Shown here piece after piece: positions 12,371 to 25,900 of a stretch of DNA of 33,409 bases (position 1 is its first letter; the number at the start of each line of letters is the position of its first letter). A program made the translations under genes and the position numbers. The stretch is from Sphacelaria rigidula (lineage: Eukaryota), in the NCBI GenBank assembly GCA_964200075.2, contig CAXNAA020000033.1:1-33409 (forward strand), given 5' to 3'. Under the pieces are notes generated by a model. The model was not told the origin of the DNA. It was given only the letters and a program-made list of their open reading frames with translations, and searched no databases.

Positions 12371-13865
12371 ACCCCGGAATGATCAACCGGTGCTGTTGGC
12401 CGTTGGTCCGCTGCGCGGGGCTTCGTAGACGAAAAATAGCAGGTGGTTCTACAAAAGCACTGCAACAGAGCGATGTTCTCTTTCGAGTGCATCCTTGGTT
12501 AGGGGGAACGTAACGTAAGCTACTACCCAGTGATCTTTACGTCTGCTGCTCATGTGTAGGTTTCTCGTGTCCGTGTCGGTGCTTGTTTGTCTCGACATTC
12601 TTTGGATGAGAATCGTATCTTTGTTCAGCCAATCAGGAAACTGCGTGCCACTTCGCCCTTCTGTCAGTGTCGCTCAGCATCGCTCTTTTATGGTTGTTTT
12701 CCAACTGTTACTAAAATGCGACAGTTGCTCCCGGCGCACGATCCTTCTTCCAAACCAACAGATGGACGTTCGTTGCAGCGGTATACAGTCAAGAAGCTGG
12801 AAATGCCACTCTGTTCGTCAACGGACAAACTGTTACATCACAGACTTCAATTCCCAAGGCAACCGGTACATGGGGTGAGATGTCTGAATCAAAGGGAAGA
12901 TTCATCGAGAGTGTGTTAATCGTCGTACATGACCTGATCGCCTACGAGTCATGATCCAGCAGTCGTTACACAATGGCTGTACCCAAGGTGAACAAACATT
13001 TGTAACCGTCGATCGGCATACAGCGCCGGAAGCCGCACGCTATGACGGGAATGTGTCCCGCCCTATGCGATGATATTGGGTATATCCAACACGTTTGCCT
13101 CTCTGAGACTCTTGGTTAAAACATGGCGGAAGTGGCAGAAACACCCACCGTCCCCCTCATGTCTTTCTTTTTCTTGCCAATGCCTTCCTTCCATGGTACC
13201 TTCCCCCAATGTGGTGTGTTACTATGTGGTGTTTTTTTCTCATGTCTAGTATATTCTGTGAACGTACCTACGGCTGTCCCTCATTTGTCTGCGTTCAGCG
13301 GGGTGTACCTGGCCGGTGCAAACCCGACATGGTATATTCCAGCATGATCAGAATGTGGGGTACCGCGCCTTTGTTCTCGGAATTGACGTTATAAGTAACA
13401 TATGTACCTTGATTTGCTTTTAGACCCCCTAACCAATGTAGGTATGGGTGTGTAAAGGGCACAGACGAAGTGACCCCGGCGGTTACAGTCCGACTCAGGC
13501 GTAGTAGAGGTACAAGGATAAACCTATGTGAATATTGTTGCTATGGTTGGTGATCTTTGGTACCCCGAGTTTGGCCCCTATTTTCTGTTTGGCTTTCGCG
13601 TGTCGAGTGGGAACATCGGGCTTTCCCCCCAGCAGTCCGAACGGTCGCCAGCGACACCAGGTTTGATGGGATTAACAATAGTTCCTTTTTATGTTTCTCG
13701 CGCCTGCGTTCATTATTCTGGGTCCTATCTCATGTTTTTGGTTTTGACGTCATTACACCTTGTTTTGGGTAGTGAGCCGGTGACCACGGAAGGTGTCCGC
13801 ATCGGATGCCGGGTTTGAAAATAGTAGTTCTGTGCAGATATCGGAACGGTTTTGAATGTGAAGAC

Positions 13866-13937
<72 letters not shown>

Positions 13938-16900
13938 CTTCGTGTGCGCAATGTATGTATACGCTACTATGGACAGCTAGAAAGTAGATATATCACATCG
14001 ACACCATCAAAATGTCACACTTTTGCACTTGCACCATGCGTCGTGTCGAATGCACCGCTTGTATTTTCTCCCCAATGCTATCGGCATAGAACATGGAAAC
14101 GGTGAGAGCTTTGGCGCGCTTCGTGTAGGGGCGGGCCCGGGTGAAGACGGAGCGGCCGATGGGGGCTCCGGTCTAGTAGCGTACGTGGACGAGGCATTTG
14201 TGTACGGGACGGCACTGACGGTGGACGAACTGAACTATCTATTCCAGGCAGCCCAGGTATGATCGGGGAATCATCCTCTCAGTACAATTCCACTTGTAGA
14301 ACATCGATTTCCCCTCCATCGTGTATCGCCCGATAATGTATTCCTGGGAACTTGAGGATCGACGTGGTTACTTAAGACGTTGCTCGTATCACTGGTGCTC
14401 ATGAGACCACTCGTATACCTCCTGCACTGAAGGGAAAATGATATCGTTGAAGGATTTCGAGAAAACATGGCTTTGTCAAGTCTGCAAATGGAATTGTGCT
14501 CCATTCAGCTCTTTGTATATTTCCGCATCTAATGATGAAACGCCCTACCTCTACTTCATATTTGAGAGTAAATATTGGGCAGTTGAACGACGGTTCGTGT
14601 TCCCAGCGCATTCGAACGGTCGTGATATACGACACGGCCGAGGGTTTTGTGGATGGTGGAGGAAGGGCATCACAAAGTTCTATTTTTTCGTTCCCTGCTA
14701 CCCCACCGTTGAAGCGGTGTTGAAGATGTTGATTCCACTGAGAAACGTCTCTCACGGCCACGATTTCATGCACCGTGACCCTGTCGTCCTACCTGTGGAC
14801 CTCGACAAAGACTATGTACAAACACTCCAGGAGTATTTCTGAACTCACTGCCATTGATGTATATACCCTTTGGCACCTTACAAAACGCCTGGCAAAATAT
14901 ACGTATCACGTGATCCGTGCTTCACACACGGTACCTGTTGTTGGTGCTGCCTTTTGTTAAGCTCAAGTAGTCAAGAGAATTTCGGCAGTGCATCCACAAT
15001 GTATGAAGACAATATCAAGAGCTCTCCCACACGCTTTCGCCTTCCGCGCACAGTAAGACCTTCTGTGTGTTATCACTCTCCAGGTCCCGCTTCCTCCATC
15101 GGCCGGCTCGGCAGGGTACGCCTTGAGACTGCAGGGGTCCCGGTGCATAGAAGCGACTTCCCCCCTTGGGTCTGAGGCAGCGCGAGAGCTTGTCGTGGGC
15201 GCGTGGCTGCACCCGTCGCAAGTGCGTGTGTGGCCGCTGCTATCATCTGGGTTTTGCTCAACTCGAGATATCTTTCATTGTTGAGGATACTGTTTTGCCA
15301 TGATGTGGGATGTGGACATGCTCCATTGACTGGGATGTTTGCGGCTGGCTGAACCGTCTTCCAATTGCGGAGACGTTTGCTATCGTTGTGTTGTTTGCCC
15401 TACCGGCATGTTGTACAGTTTTTTCTGCTTGCGCCGGCGGGATATTTTTTGTTTACTGGAGTGTTGCCTAATGCTTGTACATCGTGAAGATACACATACA
15501 GAAGTGTCCCCCACCTTGAGCGGGTATTTTGAAGGTGGTTCCTCACTATATATGTACATACATACATTGAAATATTCCCATAGGCTGAGGTAGGTACGTA
15601 TTGAAACATGCAAGAAGACTGAATGATGCCGATACGATGCGCAGTTGAAAATAACAGGAATAAAAACTGGCTCCTGATAAACATTGAGACAGCATGAATC
15701 CTCTTCGATCAGCACGTGCTTTTTTCTGGTATTGCGTGGCTCAAGCGGCAACCATCCCCTTCCGGCGCGATGTACTCCAATTCGAGGGCAGGTACTTCAG
15801 CGCGAAGTGGGACTGATAGATTGGAAAGGGGTGGATGGAGACACTGTCCGAGTCACCATGTGGCACGACACGTCCGCAAATCTCACTAGAGTTCGGCTGC
15901 GGCTCAGCAGTACTCTGGACTGGTCGGCGCCCTGTCCATACCTGGAGGTGATGGTGCATACACATCGTGGTATTTCGGCGGAAGCGATAACGTGTTTTTG
16001 AAGCACAGACACGCACCCGCGCTTGTTTGGCGCGTTGTGTACTTCTTTTCGAACGTACCTCCACGCCATCAGGGCAGTCACAGACTGAAGTTCCACTTGG
16101 TACACTCAGCCCAAGATTTCGTGCCCGTGCTATTCCTGGTGAAACCTCGGCGTGGGGTTGATAATGAGAAGCGCAGCACTTCAGAAAATCGGCAGGCAGA
16201 GAGTGTAGTTCCATATGCTGTTGCTCCCAACCCATACAGAGAGTAAATACATGCGCGTACACCGGTGTCGCCATCGCTACATCTCGTGCCATTGCTACCT
16301 CTCGCGTACCCCTGCGGTGAGGTTATGGAACACAGTGGTTCAAGGGTTCGTGCTCATATTTTGCCGTAGAAACAAGAACGTTGTGCACCATTTCCGTCTC
16401 TTTGCCGGAATGAGAAGAAGAAAAGATCATTTGCACACTTCTCTCGCACGAGGCAGCACTGCAGAAGTGATCAACTATCGATTTTTCTCATCTTCCGTTG
16501 CCACACCCTTTGCCCCATTGCCGCGCGGAAGCCGGATACATGGAGCCATGTTAGGGTAGGCTGGAATACATCGTACGCTCAGGCGTACATCAACGGATCT
16601 TTGTGCGAAAGTGCCGCAATGTTGGATTATCCGAGTAATGACATGGATATCGGAGGTAAGGGACAGGATGTACGAGATTCCTTACTGATTGGCGCGTGGC
16701 GGGGAGCACCTGACGGTACCGGCACGGACCAGAGAGGCGGATACTACAACGGTGTTGTTGACAATATCGAGGTTAGTTCCAACGCCTTCTGATCCATTGA
16801 ATCCCAATGCCATACCGTACCGCTTCCCTGCACACCCTCTCTAGCTCGAACGTTTAGCACCGTGACTCTCCCATGTTTGAGGAAATACAAAACTAGCACC

Positions 16901-19900
16901 ATTCGGCTACCGTTGACACTACCGTTCCTGAGCTGGGTATGTAACATGCAAGTAGTGAGTGTCTGACCCGTTTCACATCGGTTTTCACTCGCCGTTTCCT
17001 CGGGTCATATGTTCTTTATCCTACGTACATACAAAGTACCATGTGTTGCCGATTGCCAATTAGCTGCTCCTGGCATCCTGATATGGTACCGGCTCGGTGG
17101 TTGCAGCCCCATTAGTAACCCAGCCTCCCAACGGATGTACGCAAGATCGACACGTACTGTACCGTTCAAACATGTCGTAGAAATTGGAAATGCATACAAT
17201 CACCCCGTACACATTCTTCGATATCGCCCCCCCCCCCCCCCCCCCCCCCCCCCAACCCACACCCCAACCTCCACCTCTCTCCGGCCGTGCCATCCTATCC
17301 ACCNNNNNNNNNNCATCGTTTCATTATGAGAAAATCCCCAAACCCCCCCCCCCACCTTTTTCTTTCTCCCCCCCCCCCCCCCCCCCCCGTGCTCCTGTAA
17401 TCGACATTCCCCGTGGTATCGTGTAACCAGGTCTGGTCCTCACCAGTCATGTACGGATCACGAGATCCCCGTGTCCCTCTCACAGGCTTCGAGCCGGGTC
17501 TAGTAAGCCTTTGGACATTCACCGAAGGTCGAGGAACTGTGACGGTCGACTCTGCGTCATGGAGAAAACCCGCAGACGGTACCGGTGCCCCCGGCATCGC
17601 ACGATTTGGGGTCCTTACCCCTGCAGTGGCTGTCGCATCGCCTAGCGCTGCGCTGTCAACATCTGACAGCTCTAATGGTGTGTCCCAAGTAATCAAAACC
17701 TCAGGAATCCTTCGTAGCTATGTAGGGGAGGGGGGGGCTTATTGGTTGCTTGCCTTGGTCGTTTGACCGTTGACCATGCACCCCTTTGGAGACGGAGCAC
17801 CGTTCCTACTCCTATTAAAGACGCGTCCAACATTTGGGCGCTCATGTACTTTTTTCGATACGAATCGTCGTACTTGTCTTATCCTCTTCCTGTTTTGCCG
17901 TCTGTGGTCACCAGCTATCTCGTAGTATAGCGATCGTTTTGTCGCTACTATCTGGTGCTCCAAACGATTTCATGCCACATTCGTTTAGTTCCCACATTTC
18001 CCCTCGAGCACTTGACTACGCTAGCCCACCTTATTCCAGCCTGCCCTTTCGGGCGGGGGGAAAAGGAGGAATCATTTAAAAGCTCGAATGTGGAGAGCAA
18101 AACGGCCTTTCCTAGCAGGTGTCCTGTCGGGTTTCGCCCATCCATTCCTTTGCCGTGTCTCTTGCAGCGCACAATACTACCAGAAAGGTTGGGTTCTTCA
18201 AGTAATGGCGGCGATGCTGGAGCTTGAACCACAGATTGCGATTTTGTTTCCGGCTATCGCGACTAGTGAATGCAACCACAATGGTGCTTACTTCGAACAA
18301 ATTGCCATATGTTCCCGCACGTTTCCCAAGTAAAACGTTACCATAACATCGTTACAAAACATGACACGCACTGCGTACAATGACACAACAGCAGACTTGC
18401 GTAGAGTGGATACCTACTTCTACCAATAATATTCCTTCTCATGCCGTGAATCGAACTCCCAGGGGGGGCCCAACGTCCAAGCGCACCGCTTCTTGCTTGG
18501 ACAGTCTCCACTGCTCCGGAGGGCGGCCTCGCACGGTCGTTCGATACACGCCCGTTTGTTTTCCGGATAAACGGAACAGACGCGCATCTACGCTCGCTAT
18601 TCGCTGTATTCACTACAGCGCCCGAAGGAGGGGTGCTTGAGGTTGCTGCACCGGTTGGGGGTGACGGCGGTGGAGTGCGTCCATCGCGCGCAGATATGCT
18701 AGATACTCCTGGGCGGATATTACGGGTGGGTGATGCTGTGCCATTGGGTACAAGGTTAATGTATACACCGAATTCGGGAGCGCATGACCCATGGCCCTAC
18801 GAGAATGGTGTTTCTTGGGATGCTGATGAAGATTGGACCACGGAAGCCACGCCGTATGATTGGTTGGCGTATCGAGTGGAGACTACGGACGGTGCCGAGA
18901 TTTCTATAAATGAGGCGGTGGTGGCGTTGAGCGTTCGTCCGGACGAAACTCGCTCACGGTTGAGCTGGCCGTCCAAGGTGTGGATCTTATGAATTTGGGG
19001 AACGATTCAGGGTCGTTTTTATTTGCTACTTTCGACCTGAAATAGTGGAACACGAAATATCTGATTTTTTCTTCTTTTGCAACGTACGCATTGGAAGTCA
19101 TCATTTACTACCAGCGATAGCTTCGTAAATCGCCGGAACGGAGTATGGCAACCTCTTAATACCCCCTCCTTGATGAAGTTCCGGCATTTTATATTATGGG
19201 ACTGGTTATTTCCGGGGAAAGGATGTATCGTTCTCCGTCGGGACTTAGAGTGTTACCTTTTTCTGTGGCCGTAGGAGGGCTACTACTGCCCTTTTTGTTT
19301 TTGTGCGATTAGGTCCCATGGACGAGACAGGCGTCATTTTTTGAAAATAGTATTATCTCCTTTCGGTACCACCTGATGCCACAGATATAGAATCGCGCAG
19401 CAACTTGCATGTGTTGTTTCTCCGGCATTGAAGATAGTATCGCTTGCCTGTATGTTTTCTACTGATGACATACATCCAAGCAACAACCTTTGGTGAAAAA
19501 CATGGGCTGGAAATGCACAACACCCATATGCAATATTCTGTCGCGGAAACTTCAGAACCATTGGTTCAGTGCAGCTGGTAGTGCGTGTCAAATGTGGTGT
19601 CAGTGGGTTCCGAACAACTATGTTGGCTACGACTATGTAGCGTATAATATAGAGTGCTACGCAGTACAGGGCGTAAGGGCCATTCCGTCCCTCGACACAA
19701 CAGTGCATGATGTCGATGCATTGTACCAACAGGCAGCACCGTACACGATTGTGATAACCCTGCAAGTTCGGTCGGAGCTATGCCGTACAGTACATGCAGT
19801 ATAGTAAAGTGTTGCATGACTCGTGCTTTGGTATCAGCATATCAAATGCGTGAAAATGACTGTCCTGCGTCTACTCCACGTCCTTCGGTCTGCAGTCCGT

Positions 19901-22900
19901 CGACCGTCACATCCCCAAGTGTTTCATTCGATAGCCACCCGTTATCACGGTGTAGCGCACAGCCGTTGGTTCAAACTAACCGAGGCCCCCCAAAAAATTC
20001 GATTTGGTTCGAGCAGCGTGTTTCTGTCACTTGTAACAACTCGGATGAATAGCTTCGTCAGCGATGCGATTTGATCAGCCATCACTTTCTTCTCCCCCTG
20101 GCTACCGTGCGGCATCGTGCGCCCCACGTGCGACATGACCGTGTGAAACACGCATGTAATTTCGCGCCTGCTGCGCGCTTTTGTGATATCGGAAAAATCC
20201 TTCCCCACACTGAAAAATCAAGGACATTACTCTCTACGACTACGAGATCCAAGACGTGGACGCTTGGGAGGGGCGAGGCACCCCGCTGCAGGTGTCTCTA
20301 GCGGTTACCGAAACCCTGGGAACAGGTGCGCACGGGCCAACCGTGTCCCTTTCAACCAACGATGGACTAAGTTTTGCCGCACAGAGATCGGGGGACGGCT
20401 TGAAAGATCGATCAACGGTATTTGTCGCAGATTTGGCGGATGCAAATACCGCTATTTCCGCAATAACTCTGCACACAACAGCCGACGACGGGGCTGTAGC
20501 CGCATCGGGCATTATTTCCTTAGGCGCTTGTGATTCCGGGGCGTGTGGGATGGCAACTTCCGAGGGAATAAACGTGACCGCTGCTAATGGGAGCAGGGCG
20601 GGCTGGTGGGATCGGGGGGACGAGTCTAGTGAGGACGAACGGGTGGAGCAGAACATCTCGTTCGGTTATCGGATGGGGACGCTTCCAGTGCTCAAGGATG
20701 TTTGGCCGATTGCTGCTCCCGTCGGGGGGGGGCTCATTGTAGAGGTGAGGTTCCAGGGAGCAGCGGCGGGGGAGGACGTTGAGGGTGTCCTTTAGTGAAG
20801 CATACCCTTCCGATTGTAGGTACTACTACGGCGGTATGTGGAATGATATGTTAGAACGCGTGCAGTTATGCACAAAGATCCTCGCTCGATGTGTGACTTA
20901 GCCAGAGACATACGATGGAGGTACTTTGGGACTCTGAATACTTCAATCGGGGTTCTAGCACCCGAAGTACCAGTCGACATTCGTAGCCACTACGACCTGT
21001 CCGAAACGTTCCTTCGACACCCTCCCACACAATATATAACCCGTGTGGGTGTATTCTCGAGTACACAGCGTTGTAATAACCCAAAACACAACTGGCTTAT
21101 TCTTTTGCCCCAGGACGAGTCTGGTCTGGCAAAAACCCGGCGTGCTCCGTCCCGGGTTTGTAGAGGTGCGACGCCAATGGTCTAATGACTATGACATGCA
21201 TGATCATGAGTACACCCCCCCAGGACTTCGTCCTCTGTCGCTTCAAATGACATGCATTCTGGTAATGATCACGCAGTACGTCCATCGTACGAATCATAAC
21301 TCGAAAAATGTATGCTTTCCCATTTTTTTGTGTAACCAGATCCGGGGGACGAATTTTGGAGTCTCCGACTACGTATGCGTATTCGGCGATTACAGCGACG
21401 GGCAAACGACAGTGGCAACCCACGTGGCACCCGGCCTTATTGAGTGTCCAATAGCCGCTGCTCCCACGGATATTGACGGAAATAGCATTCCTGGCTCATC
21501 CTCAATTCATCTCTTGAGCGCCGTTGGGTTTCATAGCAACCGCCTCGCATTTTCATACTACACACCGCCAACCCTATTGGGCGTGGCTCCAAATTTCGGG
21601 CCTGTCGATGGGGGTACCAGCGTTATCATCACAGGCCTAGGGTTTTCCAATCGCGGCAGAATTGAATGTTCGTTTGGAGGGGTGAAAGTTCAAGGCCATA
21701 TGTTGTCAGAGACTGAGGTGGCTTGCACATCGCCTGCTATGGTTGCCCCCAGTGCGATACCGGATTCATCTGACGGATTCGTTTCGATTCTGATAACCGT
21801 AAACGGATTGCACTACGGCTATGACGCTGGCGGGTGGTCGGAACAGGTTATGTACGAGTATGTAGAAGTTCCTGTGGTGTCGTTCTTTCGACCGACAACC
21901 GGCCCGCCGAACTATTACGCAGCATCACAAAGCGGCGGCGGGAAGTTGGAGGCGACCATCACCGATTCGGAGATGACGAACAGCCGATATATGACCGTTT
22001 ATGGAGCACATTTCGCGAATACGGTTTACCTCTCTTGTCGCTTCGGTGCCTTGCTGACCACCGCAACGTATATTTCTTCGTCGGAGGTGCGATGCCGCAT
22101 CCCACCGTATTCCGCGACAACAGGCGATGCACCCGTTGTTTCTGTGACTACGAACGGGGTAGACTTTAGCCGAGAGGGGGCACCATCCGCGACGTTCACG
22201 TACGTCTCCTCGCCGGAAATGTCGGTACTCTCTCCCAGGCTCGGACCGGCAATCGGAGGAACGCGGGTGACAGTTCTCGGGAGGAATTTTGTCGGCGGCG
22301 GGACTGCAGTGGACGAGGCCTCATTGCTCTGTCGGTTTGAGGTGGAGGATCAAGCTTCGATTAGCACTGAGAGCAGTAATGCCGCAGTTTCGTGGGATGT
22401 CCAAGCGGTCGTCGAATCCGACAGTGTCGCTACATGTTTGTCTCCTAAGGTTGCTTCGGTCATGTCAGGGGGCATGATTCACGCTGGGGTGCGAGTATCT
22501 TCAGACGGGGGCTGGAGCTATTCAGCTTCGTCCATGCGCTTTCTTTTTTATGTGCAGGCAACTGTCACATCCGTCACGCCGGCCACCGCGCCGGCTTCCG
22601 GTGGAAGTGATATAATGATTTCCGGGAGCGGGTTTTTACCTGGGAATGGACTCCCGCTCTGCTTGTTCACACCGACGAAGGTGTATGTTCATGGTGCGCG
22701 TAGCGGGGAGGAACAGAGAGCCGGAAACGTCGTTGTTACTAATGACTACCCTCTTGACACCTTCACAGGCGCAGCGACGTGGCTATCGAATGAACTAATC
22801 GAATGCAAGGCGCCGATCATGGAACTGGACAGTGGCACCGCCGTGACATTTAAGGTACGCGTTTCTAACAATGGCCTGGATGAGTCTTCAAGCGCCGGCG

Positions 22901-25900
22901 AGCTCATTGTCTACCCGTCGCCACAACTATCCAGCTTGTCGCCGGCAGCTGGACCCCGCACAGGCGGGACAATGGTCAACGTTACCGTGGAACGTTGGTC
23001 CTTGCCCTTTGGAATTGCCAGCGTTGGCTTAACACGTTGCCAGTGGGGGGGAACTATACCCGTTCCCGCGGAGATAGCGATGCGTCAGGAAGACGAAGGC
23101 GGTGGCCGCATAGTAGTCACTTGCTTCTCCCCCGGAGTCGACACCGTCGTAGAAACAGGACCTCCGGAATATGAAGCAACAACAAGCCAAGATGATTCCG
23201 AGCTCCATCTCGCTTCAATTTCAGATTTCATTTCTGAAGTGTCGGTGAATCTACTAATTGACGGTCGGAACGTGAGCTCCGTCGGGCTGCCCTACCATTA
23301 CTACGGTAGTCCTATGCTACAAACCGCGTCACCCACTGCAGGAGTTACAACCGGAGGTACAGAGATCGTCATCAAGGGATCTGGTTTCATGCTTTCGGCC
23401 CCGCGAGAGCGGAGTTCGGGGCAGGCAATATGCGCATTCGGGAACACCACAACCTCTGCTGTTTTGGTGTCTGATGCTGAGTTACGGTGCCGCTCTCCGC
23501 AATGGACTGGCTCGGTGGTACCAATTACGGGGACGTCCGTAGCCGTGACGGTGTCCCTCAACGACGGAATTAACTTCGGTACTTCTTCGGTACGATTTGA
23601 CTACTTACCGATCGCGAATGCAGCAGGTGAGAGACATTTATCTAATTGTGAAAGGATGTTTTACTATAGAAACACAAATACGACCTAAAGTAGGGTGGAA
23701 GACCCCTGCATGTTATCTGGAACTTCAGAATTCTGTGGACGGAGCTAATGATTTTGCCGTGGTGCTCAGCACGGTAATTGCCGTGGAAAGAAGTGTACGT
23801 CAAGTAAACGACGAAATGGTCCTGATTTTGTTGATATGAGTAGGTTCTTCGCCTAGCAAATATTACTCTCTTTCACGTGAATATTGTCCCCAGGAGTTTT
23901 TCCCAGCACCGTTCCACCCGCCGGAGGGTCCGAAATATTCGTCAGCGGCAGTGGCTTCTCGCCATCAGACTATCTGTCTTGTTCCTTTCAACCACAACAA
24001 GGAGCCTCGCCAGGATCCAGCGAGTGGTTCAATACCATGACCATCGTCACCGCAAAGTGGATATCGCCCGAGGAAGTGGTTTGCATAACTCCTACCCTGA
24101 TAATGCCAGTGAAATCACCACTGAACGCGACGATGCCGTTCATTGTCGCACGAGTTGCAGTGTTAAACGACGGTGTAACGATGGAGGGCGCCCCGTGGGT
24201 GGAGCTGATTATCTCGAACATTCCTATTATCACAGCGATAGCTCCTACAGCCGGGTATGTAACTGGCAATACGACTGTGGCTGTTCTCGGCGAGGGATTC
24301 CTGGACACCGACGGGTTATCATGCGTTTTCGGGGACACAGGCGCTGTGTCTGTCGAGTACGTCAGCCCGACTCAGATCACATGTGTATCACCACCACTGC
24401 TTTTTCGCGCGAACTTGACCGTCGAAGAGCCAGCGCATGAGACAGTGGAGCTGACGGTTAGCAACAATGGAGTACACTATACTGCCTTGTCAGCGATTCC
24501 CTTTCGCTACGTTACCCCCGTGAGAATATCGACGATTCATCCAAGCTTGGTCAATCTCGAGGACTTGGCGCAAGGTGGGGTGGCGGTCAGCGCATCCGCC
24601 AAGAGCTTTTCTCACTATTTCGGTGATCAGCGTACCCCAGACGACGGCAACGTCACGTGCAGATTCGATGGACTTGGAGACTCTATCGCTGGTTTTGTAA
24701 GACCGACAATGATCATGTGTCCACTGCCAGCGGTTGAAGCCTTGGCCGGTCAGGTTCTCGTGTCTGTCAGCGTCAATGGCTACGACTTCCCTTCGGCAGA
24801 ATATGGCAAGACAATTACCTTAGCACCCGCTCCTCAGGTAACGTCAATTTTCCCACAAATGGGGCCGGCCTCAGGGGGAACTGTCATCGAGGTGCACGGT
24901 GAAAACTTTGGAGCACTAGATCCCCTTGTGTGTACATTCACCTTGGTCGGAAACGACGCAATCACAGTGCATGTCCCTGCGGAGTATGACGGCACAAACG
25001 CTGTTTTGTGCATCACCCCGCCACTGCCACCAACAAGCTGGACACACTCAACAGAACAACGAACTGTATTGACTGCCCTTAGCGTCATCCTCGCCGATCG
25101 ACTGGTGGAAGAAAGGATGGGGCAGGATCCCCACGTGCTCGCTACCGCGGAGTTCATGTACTACCTTACCCCCGTGGTCAAAGAAGTGCAGCCGAGGGTT
25201 GGAGCTGCGGGCACACTGGTCACGATCCTCGGCAAGGGTTTCTTGGACTCCCCGGGGCTCATGTGTCGGTTTGGAGAGTTGTCCCAAACGCCGATTGTTG
25301 TCGACGCCGCGAAAACGGGGATCACGTGTAAGGCGCCTCGCCAAGAGACTGGTCATGGAATTGTTGCGGTCGAGATATCGAACAACTTGGTCGATTGGAC
25401 AAGCAGCGGCGTGACGTTCCGTTATCGACCGCGCACAGTAGTCAACAGTATTACGCCGAAGATAGGTCCCGTAAGTGGAAACACTATTGTGCGCGTGGCA
25501 GTCGCTGGTCTTGCAGCCATCATTAAGCCCGTCGGCGACGACGACGATGATAGCACGCTTTCGTGCCGTTTCGGTTCCAGACAGGTGAAAGCCGCACGTG
25601 CATCTGACGACGAGATATCGTGCGCTTCCCCAGCCGTGACTGAACCCGGAGCAGTTACTGTTGAGATTTTCGAAAGTGGAGTCGCCTTAAGCGATAGCAG
25701 GTGGCGCTTCGACTACGTTCCAGATGTGCAAGTGAGCGGGGGTGATCCCTCAGCTGGACCAGAGGCGGGCGGTACCAATGTGATCATCACAGGCAATGCG
25801 TTTCTCGGAGTAGAGCCAGTTGTGTGTGAGTTCGGGGCTCCGGCTTTCCGCGTGGCTGGACGATGGCAAAGTCGCATCGCCTTCATGTGCGAGGCCCCAC

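Noticed and set aside
13725-14105. PolyQ, polyL and polyC ORFs
   Set aside because: They are translations of the intronic (CAA)23 repeat; exons D and E join in phase without them.
17184-17426. Proline-rich ORFs
   Set aside because: Produced by poly-C tracts around an assembly gap.
19670-19766. Possible exon GVRAIPSLDTTVHDVDALYQQAAPYTIVITLQ, resembling IQDVDA in exon K
   Set aside because: Poor pyrimidine tract and weak donor (GTTCGG); exons J and K join sensibly without it. Not fully excluded, since it is phase 0-0.
20613-20621. RGD motif just before IPT repeat 1
   Set aside because: About one RGD is expected by chance in ~3,900 Gly-rich residues; it would need conservation evidence.
21043-21339. 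N-terminal 99 aa of the 881-aa ORF
   Set aside because: Intronic read-through upstream of the acceptor at 21339; the IPT motif continues from exon K instead.
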